The notes: generated from the sequence alone by a model not told the origin. Counted from the first letter of the stretch, positions 9,271 to 20,025 are shown. The stretch is 64,000 nucleotides of DNA from an uncultured Clostridia bacterium (GCA_934464705.1 CAKSKB010000008.1:1591-65590); one strand, 5' to 3'. Made by a program: numbers and translations.

Positions 9271-9998
9271 GCGTCGTCCCCTCCGTTAAATTCCGCTGCG
9301 GTAAGCGTTATATTGTCCGCTCCGCCGCGGTCGTTTGCAAACTCAATGAGCTTCTGCGCACCGCTCTCTGCTCCGTATCTTTTTACGGTTTCAAAAATTT
9401 CATCGTCCCCGAGCATATTCGTAAGCCCGTCGGAACAAAGGAGAACGGTATCCCCCGCCTTGCACACATGGCGGTAAACCCTCGGTTCGACTCCGCCCTT
9501 TGTACCGACCGCCTGGGTGATTATATTCCTCTGCGGATGTGTTTTCGCCTCATCCGGAGTTATTTCGCCGCGCCTTACAAGTTCGGCAACAACCGAATCA
9601 TCGGCGGTTATCTGCTTTATGCCGAATTTGTCCATAACATATCCTCTGCTGTCGCCGACATTCGCAAAAAACACCGTAAATCCCTTAATCAGCGCCATAA
9701 CCACCGTTGTGCCCATCTCTGTATATCCGGCATTTTCGCCCGCTTTTTTAAGTATTTCGGAATCCGCCTTTGCAATTGCACCCTTAAGAAGCACCGCCGC
9801 TTCGGCTTTGCCTGCGTTTTCTGTAATATATTCCTTTATGGCTTTTACCGCACATGCCGACGCAACCTCTCCGGCATTGTGCCCTCCCATTCCGTCCGCC
9901 ACAAGCATGACTTCAAAATCCGCAGCCCTGAACACCTCAAAGCTGTCCTCATTGATTTTTCTCACTTTTCCTATATCCGTTGCGGATACAATATTCAT
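9267..9998 (-). CDS. stp: PP2C-family Ser/Thr phosphatase (Stp/PrpC)
   Basis: ATDIGKVRKINED, LVADGMGGHNAGEVAS, CSDGLTN, ADNITL. Translationally coupled to prkC. Confidence 0.9.
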   Translation of the reverse strand: MNIVSATDIGKVRKINEDSFEVFRAADFEVMLVADGMGGHNAGEVASACAVKAIKEYITENAGKAEAAVLLKGAIAKADSEILKKAGENAGYTEMGTTVVMALIKGFTVFFANVGDSRGYVMDKFGIKQITADDSVVAELVRRGEITPDEAKTHPQRNIITQAVGTKGGVEPRVYRHVCKAGDTVLLCSDGLTNMLGDDEIFETVKRYGAESGAQKLIEFANDRGGADNITLTAAEFNGGDDA

Positions 9999-11059
9999 TC
10001 CGAATCACATCCTTTCAGTTTGCTTCTCCTGAGCTGACCGCACGAAGCGCTTATATCTCTTCCGAGTTCACGGCGAACCGTTGCGCTCACGCCCCGCCGC
10101 TCAAGTTTTTCGCAGAACTCCCTGACGCGTCTGCTCGATTTGAAATCCCGTTCCTTTATCGGGTTGACGGGAATCAGATTTATATGGCATATCAGCCCGT
10201 GCGTCAGCTTGACAAGATTGTCTATATCCTCATCGGTATCGTTAACGCCGCCGATAAGGGAATATTCAAAAATCATTCTTCTGCCGGTTTTTTTCACATA
10301 GGCACGGCAGGATTTCATTAACCGTTCTATATTATATGTACGGTTTACCGGCATAATTTCGCTTCTTTTTCTATCGTCCGCCCCGTGTAGCGAAACGCAC
10401 AGTGTTATACCCAGGTTTTCCTCCGCCAGAGCGTCGATTTTATCCGCAAGGCCGCAGGTGGAAAGGGATATGTGCCTCTGCCCGATATTTACGCCGTCCG
10501 GATGATTGACAAGATGTATAAATTTCAGCACATTATCGTAATTATCCAGAGGCTCACCGATACCCATCAGCACAATATTGCTTATTTTCTCGCCGCTGTC
10601 TGCGCCGATAAGGGTAATCTGCGATAAAATCTCACCGGGGCTAAGCCGCCTTACAAGCCCGCCTAATGTCGAAGCGCAGAACCTGCACCCCATGGGGCAG
10701 CCGACCTCCGTTGACGCACACACCGTAAAGCCGTGTTTATATGACATAAGCACCGATTCTATTATATTTCCGTCATCAAGTTCGATAAGATATTTGACCG
10801 TTTCATCAAGCTTTGACGGATATTTTTCAAGAATTTTCGCACCGCAGACGGAGGCACCCTCCGCAAGCTTTTCGCGAAGGCTTTTTGAAAGATTTGTCAT
10901 TTCGTCAAAGCTGCACACGCCCTTATGTATCCATGAAAAAATCTGTTTTGCACGGAATTTCGGTTCTCCGAGCCCGGCAAGATATTTTTCAAGTTCTTCG
11001 GGCGTGAAATCCGCCAGATTTACCAAATTCCCGTCACCTCCTGCTGAATTTTGCGGCAA
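9995..11059 (-). CDS. rlmN: 23S rRNA (adenine2503-C2)-methyltransferase, radical SAM
   Basis: FRAKQIFSWIH, radical-SAM motif CPMGCRFCAS, GIGEPLDN, CGQL. Confidence 0.9.
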   Translation of the reverse strand: MPQNSAGGDGNLVNLADFTPEELEKYLAGLGEPKFRAKQIFSWIHKGVCSFDEMTNLSKSLREKLAEGASVCGAKILEKYPSKLDETVKYLIELDDGNIIESVLMSYKHGFTVCASTEVGCPMGCRFCASTLGGLVRRLSPGEILSQITLIGADSGEKISNIVLMGIGEPLDNYDNVLKFIHLVNHPDGVNIGQRHISLSTCGLADKIDALAEENLGITLCVSLHGADDRKRSEIMPVNRTYNIERLMKSCRAYVKKTGRRMIFEYSLIGGVNDTDEDIDNLVKLTHGLICHINLIPVNPIKERDFKSSRRVREFCEKLERRGVSATVRRELGRDISASCGQLRRSKLKGCDSE

Positions 11060-12260
11060 AAAAGCCGTTTGTTCCGTCCCTTGACGGAAGGTATGTTTTC
11101 ATAAATTCAAGATTCATGCCGAGAGATTTTATGTATTCGGCAACCTCCTCGTTTTCTTCATTATTAATGGTACAGGTGGAATAAATCATGCTGCCGCCGT
11201 GTTTCAGGTATCTCACCGCATTTTCGGCAAGCTTTTTCTGAAGCGCGGGCAGACCGCCCTCTCGTTTTCTCCATTTTATATCGGGTTTTTGCTGAATCAC
11301 GCCGTAACCCGAGCACGGTGCGTCAAGCAGAACAAAATCAAAGGCGCCTTCAAAATCCCCGTTGAACTCCGATGAGTCGCACGCAGCGCACTTTACAATC
11401 CCGATACCCATTCTCTCTGCATTTTTTTCGATAAGCGCCGTTCTGTGCGGATAAAGGTCGCAGGCGGTGATTTCGCCCATGTTTTTCATAAGTTCCGCAA
11501 GGTAAAGCGTTTTTCCGCCGGGGGCTGCGCACATATCCAGAACTTTCATTCCCGGAGCAACACCCGATTCGTTACACACAAGAACAGAAGATTTCTGCAT
11601 AACTGTAAAACTCCCGTTTTTGTAAAGTTCCGAATTTTCAACATCCAGTCCGCCGCTTATCTCTATAAGGTTCGGCAGAACCGCTTTTCCGCCTACAGCT
11701 GCGGCAACTTCGCCGGCGTCTGCTTTAAGGCGGTTGACCCTTATATACATGGGTGACGGTTCATTCATTGCCGCCAAAAGCTTTTCGGTTTCCTCCTCAC
11801 CGAACATCGAAATCCACTTTTTTATTATCCCCTTCGGGAACGAATACTTTATTTTCAGGTACTTTACAAGGTTGTCTTTGCCCGGCAGTTCTACGGTTTC
11901 CGAAGAAACTTTCCTTAAAACTCCGTTTACAAAGCCGGAGCTGTGCGGCGAAAGCCGTTTTGCGAGCGAAACGCTTTCGTTGACCGCAGCCGAGGGCGGA
12001 ATCCTGTCCAAAAACAAAAGCTGAAATGCCCCCGTTCTCAGAATGTTCTTAACCGTTTCGGAGGGTCTGTCAAAATCGCAGAAGTGAGAGATTGTATAGT
12101 CAAGCCTCGTTCTGTTTGAAAGCACTCCGTAAACAAGCGCCGCCGTCAGCGAACGGTCTTTGGAATCAACCTTTTTCAAAATATCCTTAAGCAGAAGATT
12201 TGCATAATTCCTGTCAGTTTTGTCAAGCGTTAAAACCGCAGCTTCTCTCGCTTTCATCAT
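11034..12260 (-). CDS. rsmB: 16S rRNA (cytosine967-C5)-methyltransferase with an N-terminal NusB-like domain
   Basis: SAM-dependent MTase motifs VLDMCAAPGGKT, DAPCSGYGV, and a PCTI-like STCT. NusB-like N-terminal region. Confidence 0.88.
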   Translation of the reverse strand: MMKAREAAVLTLDKTDRNYANLLLKDILKKVDSKDRSLTAALVYGVLSNRTRLDYTISHFCDFDRPSETVKNILRTGAFQLLFLDRIPPSAAVNESVSLAKRLSPHSSGFVNGVLRKVSSETVELPGKDNLVKYLKIKYSFPKGIIKKWISMFGEEETEKLLAAMNEPSPMYIRVNRLKADAGEVAAAVGGKAVLPNLIEISGGLDVENSELYKNGSFTVMQKSSVLVCNESGVAPGMKVLDMCAAPGGKTLYLAELMKNMGEITACDLYPHRTALIEKNAERMGIGIVKCAACDSSEFNGDFEGAFDFVLLDAPCSGYGVIQQKPDIKWRKREGGLPALQKKLAENAVRYLKHGGSMIYSTCTINNEENEEVAEYIKSLGMNLEFMKTYLPSRDGTNGFFAAKFSRR

Positions 12261-12943
12261 CTTCTCCTGTCACGTATGGCGATGAGCCTCAAAAGCTGCA
12301 GGAGCGCCATTGCCGCAGACGCAACATAAGTCATTGCGGCAGCCGAAAGAACTTTTTTTGCACCGCCTATTTCCTCGCCCTCGAGCATGTATGATGATTC
12401 GAGAGTTGAAAGGGCACGCCTCGACGCATTTATCTCAACGGGCAGTGTTACAATATGAAAAAGAACAGCTGCCGAGAAGAGAATTATACCGACATCGGTA
12501 AGCATAAAAAGACTTGACGAAAAAATCAGTCCGAGTATAAAGAGCGGCATCGCAAGCTGTGAGCAGAGATTAACAACCGGAACAATGGCATTTCTCACCT
12601 TTATGGGCGTGTATCCGACAGCATGCTGAACCGCATGACCGACTTCGTGCGCCGCAACGCCGATTGCTGCAACCGATGATGAACCGTAAACACTGTCCGA
12701 CAGCCTTACGGTATTCGACCTCGGGTCGTAATGGTCGGTAAGATTTCCGGCGATATGCTCAATCGCAACATTTTGCAGACCGTTCATATCAAGTATGCGC
12801 CTTGCGGCGTCATATCCGGTCATACCTCGCCTGTTTGAAACTCGCGAAAACCTCGCAAATGTTGAATTTACATTCGCCTGCGCCCAAAGCGAAAGAATAA
12901 GCGCCGGGAGAATTATAATCCATGTAGGGTCAAAAAACGGCAT
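12257..12943 (-). CDS. Putative neutral zinc metallopeptidase (Zn_peptidase_2 / YpfJ-like), membrane-associated
   Basis: N-terminal TM helix, HEVGHAVQH zinc-binding motif, and C-terminal TM helices. Sits between fmt and rsmB. Confidence 0.7.
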   Translation of the reverse strand: MPFFDPTWIIILPALILSLWAQANVNSTFARFSRVSNRRGMTGYDAARRILDMNGLQNVAIEHIAGNLTDHYDPRSNTVRLSDSVYGSSSVAAIGVAAHEVGHAVQHAVGYTPIKVRNAIVPVVNLCSQLAMPLFILGLIFSSSLFMLTDVGIILFSAAVLFHIVTLPVEINASRRALSTLESSYMLEGEEIGGAKKVLSAAAMTYVASAAMALLQLLRLIAIRDRRR

Positions 12944-12956
12944 AAAATCAGCTCCT

Positions 12957-13880
12957 TTATTCGCAAATTGTGTTTTCGGGGATTGTGTGCCCCCTTAAAT
13001 AATCGTCAACGGACATTTCGCCCTTCCCCTGAGGTTTGAACTTTCTTATATATACCGAGCCGTCGCCGCAGCCTACAGGCAGACCGAGATTTTTCTCATA
13101 CTTACCGACAGCGCCGGGCGGCAGCTGCTTTTCGGAATACGAACACTCCGTAATTTTAAAAATCTTACCGTCCATAACCGTAAACGCAAGCGGAACAGGG
13201 TTTAACGCACGGACAAGATTATAAATATTCTTGCCCGAATCCTCCCATTTTATATGCGCCGTTTCTTTGTCGAGCATGGGCGCATATGTAAATTCGTCAT
13301 GATTCTGCGGAATCCTCTGCAGGCTTCCGTCAGCCAGCCTGTCAAGGGTTTCGGAAAGAGCCTCCGCCCCTATTTCGGACAGCTTATCAAAAAGCTCTCC
13401 GCCGGTCATGGTATCCGTAATCTCAATTTCCGACTTAATAAGCATATCGCCCGTATCAAGCCCTTTGTCCATCATCATTGTCGTAACGCCCGTCATCGTA
13501 TCGCCGTTCATGATGCTACGTTGAATCGGCGCCGCGCCCCTGAGTTTCGGAAGAAGCGACGCATGGACATTTATGCAGCCGTACTTCGGATAATCAAGAA
13601 TATATTCCGGCAGAATCTTCCCGTAGGCAACAACCACGATAAGCTCGGGATTGAGTTTTTTAAGAGTTTCGAGAAACTCTCCGCCCTTTATTCTTTCCGG
13701 CTGAAAAACAGGAATCCCGAGTGCCTCCGCGCGCGCCTTGACAGGCGTCGGCATAAGCTTGTGTCCTCTGCCCTTCTGACGGTCTGGCTGCGAAACAACG
13801 CCGGCAACATCAGTTTTTTCATATAAAACATCAAAACATCCCAAACCAAAATCCGGAGTGCCCATAAACATTGTTCTCAT
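12957..13880 (-). CDS. fmt: Methionyl-tRNA formyltransferase
   Basis: MRTMFMGTPDFG, VVSQPDRQKGRG, INVHASLLPKLRGAAPIQ. Confidence 0.92.
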   Translation of the reverse strand: MRTMFMGTPDFGLGCFDVLYEKTDVAGVVSQPDRQKGRGHKLMPTPVKARAEALGIPVFQPERIKGGEFLETLKKLNPELIVVVAYGKILPEYILDYPKYGCINVHASLLPKLRGAAPIQRSIMNGDTMTGVTTMMMDKGLDTGDMLIKSEIEITDTMTGGELFDKLSEIGAEALSETLDRLADGSLQRIPQNHDEFTYAPMLDKETAHIKWEDSGKNIYNLVRALNPVPLAFTVMDGKIFKITECSYSEKQLPPGAVGKYEKNLGLPVGCGDGSVYIRKFKPQGKGEMSVDDYLRGHTIPENTICE

Positions 13881-13892
13881 AAATCAATCACC

Positions 13893-14336
13893 CTATTCTT
13901 CCGCCTTCATGGTATATAAAATTCCGTCAAGGTGGTCAATTTCGTGGCAAAGCGCACGGGCAAAAAGACCGTTTCCGCTAATCTGCACCTTTTCTCCGGT
14001 TCGGGTCTGGGTTTCCACGGTGACGGACTTCGGTCTTCTGACCTCCGCCGACTCACCCGGAAGACTCAGGCACCCTTCCGGTTCGCATATTGTTTCCTTT
14101 GACCATGCGATGATTTTCGGGTTTATAAGTTCGTATCTTCCTTCGCCCGTATCGACAACCGCAACCCTTCTCAAAACCCCGACCTGAGGACCTGCAAGCC
14201 CTACGCCGTTTGCGCTCTGCATGGTTTCGTACATATCGTCAAGCAGGGTAAACAGCCTGTCGTTAAAATCCGTAACCTCACGGCATTTTTTATAAAGAAT
14301 TTCATCCGGAACTTTTCTTATTTCTCTTATAGCCAA
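13893..14336 (-). CDS. def: Peptide deformylase
   Basis: GVGLAGPQVG, EGCLSLPG, HEIDHLDG motifs. Confidence 0.93.
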   Translation of the reverse strand: MAIREIRKVPDEILYKKCREVTDFNDRLFTLLDDMYETMQSANGVGLAGPQVGVLRRVAVVDTGEGRYELINPKIIAWSKETICEPEGCLSLPGESAEVRRPKSVTVETQTRTGEKVQISGNGLFARALCHEIDHLDGILYTMKAEE

Positions 14337-14348
14337 AAAAATGACCTC

Positions 14349-16721
14349 CTAAAAAATTGAAATATGCGTATCTCTTTTTTTAGAGTTATGCTTATCGCAG
14401 ACCCTCCAAAGGGCGGGTCTTATATCAGCGGACGCTTTTATCAGCATCTGCCATCTGTACACATTGTTAACCTTTGAAACCACGCACGGAACAGGCCGCA
14501 TAATCTCCAGAATACCCTTCGTTCCCTTAAGTTCGTCTTTAATTTCGTTTATTCTTATCCCGGCGGCGGAATTGTCGCTTCCGGTTACAAGCACGGTGAA
14601 AATCCCGCAAAACGGAGGGTAGAGGGAAAGCTTTCTGAGCGCAATCTCCTGTCTGTAAAAATCATTGTAATCCTGCTCTTTTGCATAATTAATGCAGTCG
14701 TTTTCGGGAGAATATGTCTGAATTACCGCTCTGCCGCGTGTTTCGCCCCTTCCGGCACGGCCCAGAACCTGGGTAAGCAGCGAAAATGCCTTTTCCTCGG
14801 AGTCAAATTCCCCGGAATTCAGCATCATATCCGCCGCCAGAACGCCGACAAGCGTGACATTGGGGAAATCAAGCCCCTTGGTCACCATCTGTGTTCCGAG
14901 AAGGATATCGGCATTTTCGTCCGAAAATTTCTGCAAAAGCCGCCTGTGAGCCGACTTTTTCGCAGTTGTATCTATATCCATACGGATAACGGAGGCGGAC
15001 GGAAAAAGATTTTTAATTTCCTCCTCGACCTTCTGCGTGCCCGTTCCGAAATACTTAACATAGGTGCTTCCGCATTTCGGGCAGATTTTGGAGGGCACGG
15101 TCTGATATCCGCAGTAATGGCATATAAGCTTATTTATATTTGAATGGTATTTAAGCGAAACCGAACAGTTTGGGCAGTCAAACACATATCCGCATTTTCT
15201 GCATGATATGAATGACGAATGTCCTCTCCTGTTTATAAACAGCACTGTTTGCTCGCCGTTTTCTATATTTTTTGAAATCTCGTATGCAAGTTTTCTTGAA
15301 AAGACGGAGGAGTTGCCCTCCTCAAGTTCTTTTCGCATATCGGCGATCTCGACCTTCGGGAGCGGCGTACTGTTATAGCGTTTTGACATCGAAAGCCTGT
15401 TCTTGCAGTGATACACATCAGAAACACGGGGTGTCGCGGACGCTTCAAGCAGCAGCGCACCGTGCTGTTTTGCACGCATAAATGCGACCTCTCTTGCGTC
15501 GTACCTGGGCGAGATTTCGGAAACATAGCTGTCGTCATGCTGTTCATCGACAATGATTGTACCGATATTATCAAGCGGAGCAAAAATCGCCGACCGTGCA
15601 CCGACAACCACTCTCACCTCGCCTTTGCGGATTTTCTGCCAGTTATCGAACCTCTCCCCGACGGAAAGACCGCTGTGAAGAACCGAAACCATATCTCCGA
15701 ACCGTGCGCCGAAGCGCCTTATGGTCTGAGGGGTCAGCGAAATCTCGGGAACAAGCATAATCGCATTTCTTCCCGATTCTATTGTATCGCCGATAATTCT
15801 GAGATATACCTCGGTTTTACCGCTTCCCGTAACGCCCCTGAGCAAAAATCTTCCGGTTTTACCCTTGATTTTTTCGAGAACTGCTTTTTGTTCGTCTGTT
15901 GGCTCGGGAGGTGTATCGGGTTCAAAAAACTCGTTTTCCGCTCTGCTTACGGGCCTTTTGTAAATCTCGATTATCCCTTTTTTGCAAAGAATTTCGAGAG
16001 AACCCCTGCCTGCGTCCGCACTGTCAAGGAGTTCGGGAACCGCCATTTCGCCCTCTGCGCCGAGAATACCGAGAATCCTCATCTGAACCGGAGCCTTTGA
16101 CGCAAACTCCGCCATATACACCTCAAGGACATCGGCTTCCGCCGCAATATACGCAATATTGACGGTTTTTTCCCTTATAGGGAGAAAACGCTGTTTTGAA
16201 ACCGCAACAATCCCCTTTTTTATCATGGAATTAACCGCCTGCCGAACGCTCTTGCCCGTTTCGCGGTTAAGTTCGGAAACGCTCGAAATGCCTCCGTTTT
16301 GCTTCAAAAATTCCAGAACCGCCGTCTGGACGGTCGAATGTTCGGTAAGCTTTTCTGCATTTTCGGGATTTATGAGCGTAACGGTTTCCTTGAATTTCAT
16401 GCCGCTCCCCGGAGGCATAAAAAGCCTCAGTGCGGCATAATGGCTCGAAAAATACCTGTTCCGTATCCATGCCGCAAGTTCCATATCGAGCTTTGAGCAA
16501 ACCGGTGTTTCGTCCAAAACCGCCGTAATTCTTTTGATATTTTCTGTTTCGATATCCGTTTCTTTCGAAATATCGGTTACAAAGCCGTCCGTTTTTCTCC
16601 CGCCGAACGGAACCTCAACACGCATACCCGGAAGAAGCTTCATTCCTTCGGGCACCTCGTAATCAAAGCTTCTGTCAAGCGCATAAGCCGATGAGTTTAT
16701 ATAAACTTTAGCATAGCTCAT
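14349..16721 (-). CDS. priA: Primosomal protein N' (replication restart helicase)
   Basis: Walker A GVTGSGKTEVY, DEQHD, zinc-binding cysteines CRKCGYVFDCPNCSVSLKYH...CHYCG...CPKCG, helicase C-terminal motifs. Confidence 0.92.
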   Translation of the reverse strand: MSYAKVYINSSAYALDRSFDYEVPEGMKLLPGMRVEVPFGGRKTDGFVTDISKETDIETENIKRITAVLDETPVCSKLDMELAAWIRNRYFSSHYAALRLFMPPGSGMKFKETVTLINPENAEKLTEHSTVQTAVLEFLKQNGGISSVSELNRETGKSVRQAVNSMIKKGIVAVSKQRFLPIREKTVNIAYIAAEADVLEVYMAEFASKAPVQMRILGILGAEGEMAVPELLDSADAGRGSLEILCKKGIIEIYKRPVSRAENEFFEPDTPPEPTDEQKAVLEKIKGKTGRFLLRGVTGSGKTEVYLRIIGDTIESGRNAIMLVPEISLTPQTIRRFGARFGDMVSVLHSGLSVGERFDNWQKIRKGEVRVVVGARSAIFAPLDNIGTIIVDEQHDDSYVSEISPRYDAREVAFMRAKQHGALLLEASATPRVSDVYHCKNRLSMSKRYNSTPLPKVEIADMRKELEEGNSSVFSRKLAYEISKNIENGEQTVLFINRRGHSSFISCRKCGYVFDCPNCSVSLKYHSNINKLICHYCGYQTVPSKICPKCGSTYVKYFGTGTQKVEEEIKNLFPSASVIRMDIDTTAKKSAHRRLLQKFSDENADILLGTQMVTKGLDFPNVTLVGVLAADMMLNSGEFDSEEKAFSLLTQVLGRAGRGETRGRAVIQTYSPENDCINYAKEQDYNDFYRQEIALRKLSLYPPFCGIFTVLVTGSDNSAAGIRINEIKDELKGTKGILEIMRPVPCVVSKVNNVYRWQMLIKASADIRPALWRVCDKHNSKKRDTHISIF

Positions 16722-17898
16722 TGTTCGTCACCATATCGAGAAGCCTCCCCGCAAGAGAAAGCTTGCTCATTTTGGGAAGCGACACGGATTTCCCGGATTT
16801 GGAGAACACCGTTACCACATTTGTATCGCCGGCAAACCCGGCGCCCTCTGTTTTCAGGTTGTTTGCTACAATATAATCGGCATTTTTCCGTTTAAGTTTG
16901 TCAACCGAATTTTTCTCCATATCCTTTGTTTCCATGGAAAAACCGACGATTTTCGCTTTAAGTCCCATTGAACCGAGTTCGGCAAGAATATCGGGATTTT
17001 TCGTAAGGGTAATACTGCCCATTTTGTCCTTTTTGATTTTGTCGCCGGAAACGGCTTCGGGTCTGAAATCTCCCACAGCTGCAGCCTTCACGATAATATC
17101 TGCCGCCGCTGCCCTTTCCATGACCTCACGGTGCATATCAAGAGCCGACTCAACATTTATTCTCTCAACGCCGACCGGGCAGGCAAGCGCCGAAGGTCCC
17201 GAAACAAGCGTAACGGAAGCGCCCCGAAGGTATGCAGCACGCGCAATTGCATATCCCATTTTACCGGTGGAACGGTTTGAAATAAACCTTACGGGGTCGA
17301 TTTTTTCCCTTGTCGGTCCTGCGGTAACCAGAACATTTTTCCCGGAAAGCGTCTGAGGAGTAAGCGATTTTACGATTTCCTCAAATATATCCTCAACCGG
17401 GGCAAGGTGACCCTTACCCTCATCTCCGCAGGCAAGCCTTCCGGAGGACGGCTCAACAAAGCGGAAACCTCTCTTTTTCAGTCTTTGAATATTCTCGCCC
17501 ACCACCGGATTTTCATACATACCCGTATTCATCGCTGGTGCAACAATAACCGGCGCTTTGGTTGCCATCACGGTTGTGGAAACAAAATCATCGGCAATTC
17601 CGCAGGCAATTTTACCTATTATATTTGCGGTTGCCGGGATAATCGCAACCGCATCGGCACGCTTCGCAAGCGAAATATGCTCCACCTCGTAATTTTCCGG
17701 AACGGCAAACATATCGCACGCAACATTTCTGTTCGTGAGCGTTCCGAGAGTCAGCGGAGTTATAAATTCACATGCCGAGCGCGTCATCATCGTATAAATT
17801 TCGGCTCCGGCGGTTTTTAAAAGACTTATCAGTTCGCAGGCCTTGTATGCCGCAATACCGCCGCACACACCGACCAGAACCGTTTTTCCCTTAAGCAT
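16708..17898 (-). CDS. coaBC: Bifunctional phosphopantothenoylcysteine decarboxylase / phosphopantothenate-cysteine ligase
   Basis: Flavoprotein N-domain GKTVLVGVCGGIAAYK and CoaB domain (TAGPTREKIDPVRFISNRSTGKMG). The start is probably the internal MLKGKT (17898). The ORF-track ATG at 17964 lies inside rpoZ. Confidence 0.9.
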   Translation of the reverse strand: MLKGKTVLVGVCGGIAAYKACELISLLKTAGAEIYTMMTRSACEFITPLTLGTLTNRNVACDMFAVPENYEVEHISLAKRADAVAIIPATANIIGKIACGIADDFVSTTVMATKAPVIVAPAMNTGMYENPVVGENIQRLKKRGFRFVEPSSGRLACGDEGKGHLAPVEDIFEEIVKSLTPQTLSGKNVLVTAGPTREKIDPVRFISNRSTGKMGYAIARAAYLRGASVTLVSGPSALACPVGVERINVESALDMHREVMERAAAADIIVKAAAVGDFRPEAVSGDKIKKDKMGSITLTKNPDILAELGSMGLKAKIVGFSMETKDMEKNSVDKLKRKNADYIVANNLKTEGAGFAGDTNVVTVFSKSGKSVSLPKMSKLSLAGRLLDMVTNNELC

Positions 17899-18154
17899 CT
17901 TCTTCTCCGTTTTCGGCTTCTGCGGACGGCTCTTCCGTTTTCGCATTTTCCTCCGGTTCCTCACCGTCTACAATTCTTATTTTGCCCTGATAAAGCTCGT
18001 TTGCGGCGATTGTAACTTCCTTGTCGCTGTCGCATACAACAAGCTGCTCATCCCCGAGGGCAAGTTCTCTTGCACGCTTTGCAACCGCACAGACAAGAGA
18101 ATATCTGTTATCCACAATTTTGTCAAGCTCGTTGATTGAAGGTTTAATCATCAT
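17891..18154 (-). CDS. rpoZ: DNA-directed RNA polymerase omega subunit
   Basis: IKPSINELDKIVDNRYSLVCAVAKRAREL. 87 aa with an acidic tail. Sits between gmk and coaBC. Confidence 0.9.
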   Translation of the reverse strand: MMIKPSINELDKIVDNRYSLVCAVAKRARELALGDEQLVVCDSDKEVTIAANELYQGKIRIVDGEEPEENAKTEEPSAEAENGEEDA

Positions 18155-18161
18155 AATAGCA

Positions 18162-18773
18162 TTACTCCTTTAAATTCCAAACATTTTTTAAGTATTCTTT
18201 ATTTCTGCAAACTCTGATTTTTTCGGCGTCGGCGATAGTTTCAAGCTTATCCGCCGCCAAACCGAGCTTGTCGTTTACAATAATATAATCATAGTTTGCG
18301 CCGCGCATGATTTCCCTATGCGCTTCGCCTATTCTTTTTTCGATAACCTCCGGGCTTTCCGTGCCCCTTCCCGTAAGGCGTTCCCTTAAAATTTCGGGAG
18401 ACGGCGGCAAAACGAAAACCAAAACCGCATCCGGGCACTTTTCCTTGACTTTATATGCGCCCTGAACCTCAATTTCGAGAATTACATCCCGCCCCTCCTC
18501 CATCGCGCGAAGCGCCGGAGCCTTGGGAGTTCCGTAATAATTGCCGCAGAACTCGGCATATTCAAGCAGCCCGTCATCAGAAATCAGTTTTTCAAACTCA
18601 TCTCTTGTTTTGAAAAAATAAGTTACGCCGTCCTCATCTCCGGGTCTCGGGCTGCGGCTTGTTGCCGAAACCGACAGAAATGTTTCCGGTCTGCGCTTTA
18701 TGTATTCGCTGCAAACGGTGCCCTTACCGGCGCCGGACGGCCCCGAAACAATAAGCAGAACGCCCTTACTCAT
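18162..18773 (-). CDS. gmk: Guanylate kinase
   Basis: [16 protein letters not shown]-loop; the start is probably MSKGVLLIV (18773). Overlaps remA by 8 nt. Confidence 0.9.
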   Translation of the reverse strand: MSKGVLLIVSGPSGAGKGTVCSEYIKRRPETFLSVSATSRSPRPGDEDGVTYFFKTRDEFEKLISDDGLLEYAEFCGNYYGTPKAPALRAMEEGRDVILEIEVQGAYKVKEKCPDAVLVFVLPPSPEILRERLTGRGTESPEVIEKRIGEAHREIMRGANYDYIIVNDKLGLAADKLETIADAEKIRVCRNKEYLKNVWNLKE

Positions 18774-19014
18774 AATCCTCGCCCTCCTGCATACGCGCCG
18801 CAACCGTTTCCGGCTGAACCGCAGACAGAATAACATGGTCGCTGTCCATAATTATAACCGCTCTGGTGCGCCTTCCGTAGGTTGCGTCGATAAGCATGCC
18901 GTTATCCCTTGCCTCCTGAATTATGCGCTTAATCGGCGCAGATTCGGGACTTACAATGGTGATAAGGCGGCTTGCCGAAATCATGTTGCCGAATCCGATA
19001 TTAATCAGTTTCAT
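18766..19014 (-). CDS. remA: RemA/YlzA (DUF370) biofilm-matrix regulator family protein
   Basis: 82 aa [75 protein letters not shown]. Position between yicC and gmk is conserved. Confidence 0.85.
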   Translation of the reverse strand: MKLINIGFGNMISASRLITIVSPESAPIKRIIQEARDNGMLIDATYGRRTRAVIIMDSDHVILSAVQPETVAARMQEGEDYE

Positions 19015-19035
19015 AAATGTTCCCCCCTAAAATGA

Positions 19036-19911
19036 CTATTCGATATTCTGAATCTGTTCCCTTATCTTTTCAAGTTCGCTCTTTACATCGATAACGATTT
19101 TTGAAATCTCGATGTTGTTAGCCTTTGAACCGGTTGTGTTGATTTCCCTGTTCATTTCCTGCAATATAAAGTCCAGCTTTTTGCCGACCGGAGCGCTTGC
19201 TTCAAGCGTTTTTGAAAATTCCTTTATGTGACTTTTAAGCCTTACGGTTTCCTCATCAATCGCCGCTTTGTCCGCAAAAACGGCAACCTCGGTGAGAACC
19301 CTCGAGCGGTCAAAATCGGCGTTCCCGAGAAGGTCCGTGATTTTCTGTTCGAGATTTTCACGGTATTCACGCACAACATCGGGTTCAATTCTCTCGATAA
19401 TCTCAACCTTTGCCGAAATCACATCCAGCTTGGCTTCGATGTCACGCTTAAGGCGCTCGCCCTCACGCTTTCTCATCCCGACATAAGCCTCCATAACCTC
19501 ATCAAGAACCTCTTTAACCGAATTTTTAAGGAGTTCCTCATCCTCCTCGGCTCTCTCAAAGCTGAATACATCGGCGTTTCTGGCTACGGTCATGGCAGAA
19601 ATATCGTCGCTGAGTTCAAAACTGTCACGCAGCTCGCGAAGCGCCGCAATGTAGCTTTCGGCATAAGCACGGTTTAAGGTTACAAGCGACTCGCCGCCGT
19701 CAATTTTTTCAATTCTGATAAAAACATCGACCTTGCCGCGGCTTATATAACCTTTGAGGTATTCGCGCACGAAGTCCTCCAGAAAATTATAATATCTCGG
19801 AAGCTTAATCGAGAAATCCGTAAAACGGTTGTTCACGCTTTTAAGCTCTATGTTGATACGGTATCCGTTGATTTCTTTTTCGCATCTGCCGTATCCGGTC
19901 ATACTCTGAAG
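19036..19911 (-). CDS. yicC: YicC/YloC family stress-induced protein
   Basis: N-terminal MLQSMTGYGRCE...RINIELKSVNNRF and a C-terminal DUF1732 region (LKSHIKEF...EMNREINTTGSKANN). The start is probably the internal Met at 19911. Confidence 0.85.
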   Translation of the reverse strand, partial: LQSMTGYGRCEKEINGYRINIELKSVNNRFTDFSIKLPRYYNFLEDFVREYLKGYISRGKVDVFIRIEKIDGGESLVTLNRAYAESYIAALRELRDSFELSDDISAMTVARNADVFSFERAEEDEELLKNSVKEVLDEVMEAYVGMRKREGERLKRDIEAKLDVISAKVEIIERIEPDVVREYRENLEQKITDLLGNADFDRSRVLTEVAVFADKAAIDEETVRLKSHIKEFSKTLEASAPVGKKLDFILQEMNREINTTGSKANNIEISKIVIDVKSELEKIREQIQNIE

Positions 19912-19996
19912 CATATTTTCAATCTCCAATCTGAAATTCAATACAATTACTCTATTATATATTTTAACATTTTTTTTGATAATGTCAATTAAAAAA

Positions 19997-20025
19997 TTGA
20001 TTTTTTATTAAATATAAGGTATAAT
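19997..20025 (+). promoter_or_regulatory. Putative sigma-A promoter for rqcH
   Basis: TTGATT (19997-20002), exactly a 17-nt spacer, then TATAAT (20020-20025), in an AT-rich divergent intergenic region. The ATG is at 20071. Confidence 0.5.

Noticed and set aside
16708-17964. The ORF-track start of coaBC at 17964, giving an Arg/Lys-rich 22-aa N-terminal extension
   Set aside because: The extension is an out-of-frame read-through of the rpoZ coding region. The conserved flavoprotein N-terminus begins at MLKGKTVLVGVCGG (17898).
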